DNA of 63,893 nucleotides, filler included, from Octopus bimaculoides (Eukaryota), in NCBI RefSeq assembly GCF_001194135.2. It is 10 parts of 8 records of this genome, joined end to end, with 100 filler letters (N's around TTAATTAATTAA, not from the genome) between each part and the next. Parts side by side here need not be neighbours in the genome. Positions count along the whole stretch, not along the records: positions 62,378 to 63,893 come from NW_026415376.1; 9 more parts are not named here. The stretch is one strand, 5' to 3'. Under the pieces are notes generated by a model, which ran no database searches, was not told the origin of the DNA, and saw only the letters and a list, made by a program, of their open reading frames with translations. The stretch's first letter is position 1. Each line of letters opens with the position of its first letter. Shown here one piece after another: positions 62,378-63,893 of this stretch. The position numbers and the translations under genes are program-made.

Positions 62378-63893
62378 ACGAATGCACGTACGAACGAACG
62401 AAAAAACGAACGATAGAATGAATGAACGTACGTACGTAAGTTCTTATATATACGCATATACGTACGTATATATACGTAAGAACGTATATATACGTACGTA
62501 CATATAAATACATACGTACGTATATATACATACATACGCATATATACGTAAGTACGTACGTATATATATATAAGTACGTACGTATATATATGCTTATAAG
62601 TACGTACGTATATATGCGCATATACGTATGTATATATACGCATATACGTACGTACGTACGTATATATACGCATATACGTACGTACGTACGTATATATATA
62701 TACACATATACGTACGTAGACACGCATATATAGGCATATACGTACGTACGTATATATACGAATATACGTACGTACGCACGTATATATACGCATATACGTA
62801 CGTAATACGTATGTATATATACGCATATACGTACGTACGCACGTATATATATACGCATATATGTACGTAGGAACGTATATATGAGCATATACGTATGTAC
62901 GCACGTATATATACGCATATACGTACGTATGCACGCACACACGTATATACGTGCGCACGCATGTATATATACGCATACACGTACGTAGGCACTTATATAT
63001 ACACATATACGTACGTATGCATACGTACATATATATACCCATATACATACGTACGTACATATACGCATATAAGTACGTAGGCACGTATATATACACATAT
63101 ACGTACGTGCGTATATATACGAATATACGTACATACACACGTATATATACGTACATACGTATGTATATATACGCATATGCGCACGTACGTATATACATAT
63201 GCACATACGTAAGTATATATACGCATATACGTACGTAGCTATAAGCATTTACGTACGTACGCAATATATACGCACATACGTACGCACGTCTATATACGTA
63301 CGTATATACGCATGTACGTACGTATATATTCGCATGTACGTACGTACGTATACGCATATACGTACGTAGGCACGTATATATACGCATATACGTAGGTACT
63401 CACGTATATATACATACGTACGTATATATACGCATATACGTACGTACGCACCTATATATATATACGTACGTAGCTAAGTATATACGTACTTATTTATAAG
63501 TACGTACGTATATATACGCATATACGTACGTACGCACGCATATATACGCACGTACGTATATATAAGCATATACGTACGTACGCAGGTATATATACGAATC
63601 CACGTACGTATTTATACGTACGTACGCACGAATATATACTCATATAGTACGTACGCACGTATATATACGCATATACGTATATATACGTTAGGACGTATGA
63701 ATATATTCGTACGTACGTATATATACGCATATACGTATGTATATATAGGCATATACGTACGTAGGCACGTATATATACGCATATACGTACGTATACATAC
63801 TTATATACATATACACATATATATATATATACATATATACTTTTATATACATATATATAGATATATATATATATGCATATATATATATATATA
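62378..63893. repeat. Complex alternating purine-pyrimidine satellite built from TACG/TA/GCA blocks
   Basis: Recurrent ~26-nt unit such as GCATATACGTACGTACGTATATATAC over ~1.5 kb, decaying into (TA)n. Confidence 0.95.

Noticed and set aside
62322-63730. Long YVRI/TYVR-repeat ORFs on both strands
   Set aside because: Translations of the RY satellite, which lacks stops by composition. No splice or codon evidence.
1-63893. CRISPR array, rRNA, operon-like or prokaryotic defence systems
   Set aside because: No regularly spaced repeat-spacer units, no rRNA motifs and no dense intronless gene clusters. The TTAATTAATTAA units are assembly spacers.

Overview
Repeat-dominated, AT-rich, gappy animal genomic DNA. 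The SINE families, the microsatellite density and the R4/RTE LINE content point to an octopus (coleoid cephalopod) draft assembly; this is recalled similarity, not a database result. The window is not one continuous locus. Nine identical 100-bp spacers (44 N + TTAATTAATTAA + 44 N) join ten pieces, so adjacency across them is unproven. Most listed ORFs are artefacts of N-runs or microsatellites. The best-supported host-gene signal is the 3' end of an unidentified minus-strand gene: three exons (37740-37580, 34818-34778, 34390-34366) with canonical splice sites and consistent phase, encoding 75 aa of Ser/Thr-Pro-rich C-terminus. No single ORF in the track shows this structure. The rest is a transposable-element graveyard: a head-to-tail stack of R4/Dong RLE-LINEs in (AAT)n arrays, RTE and RTE-X LINEs, two Penelope-like fragments, a Gypsy 5'LTR-PBS-gag stub, an internally deleted Tc1, a complete short Helitron, a hAT-type MITE with TSD, a Merlin-like remnant, a gag/ORF1-only zinc-knuckle element and many tRNA-derived SINEs. 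There are also two CCAAT-palindrome candidate regulatory sites and a 1.5-kb alternating purine-pyrimidine satellite. I found no convincing CRISPR array, rRNA, true tRNA or intact autonomous element, and no demonstrably new multi-gene system. The leads below are ranked accordingly.
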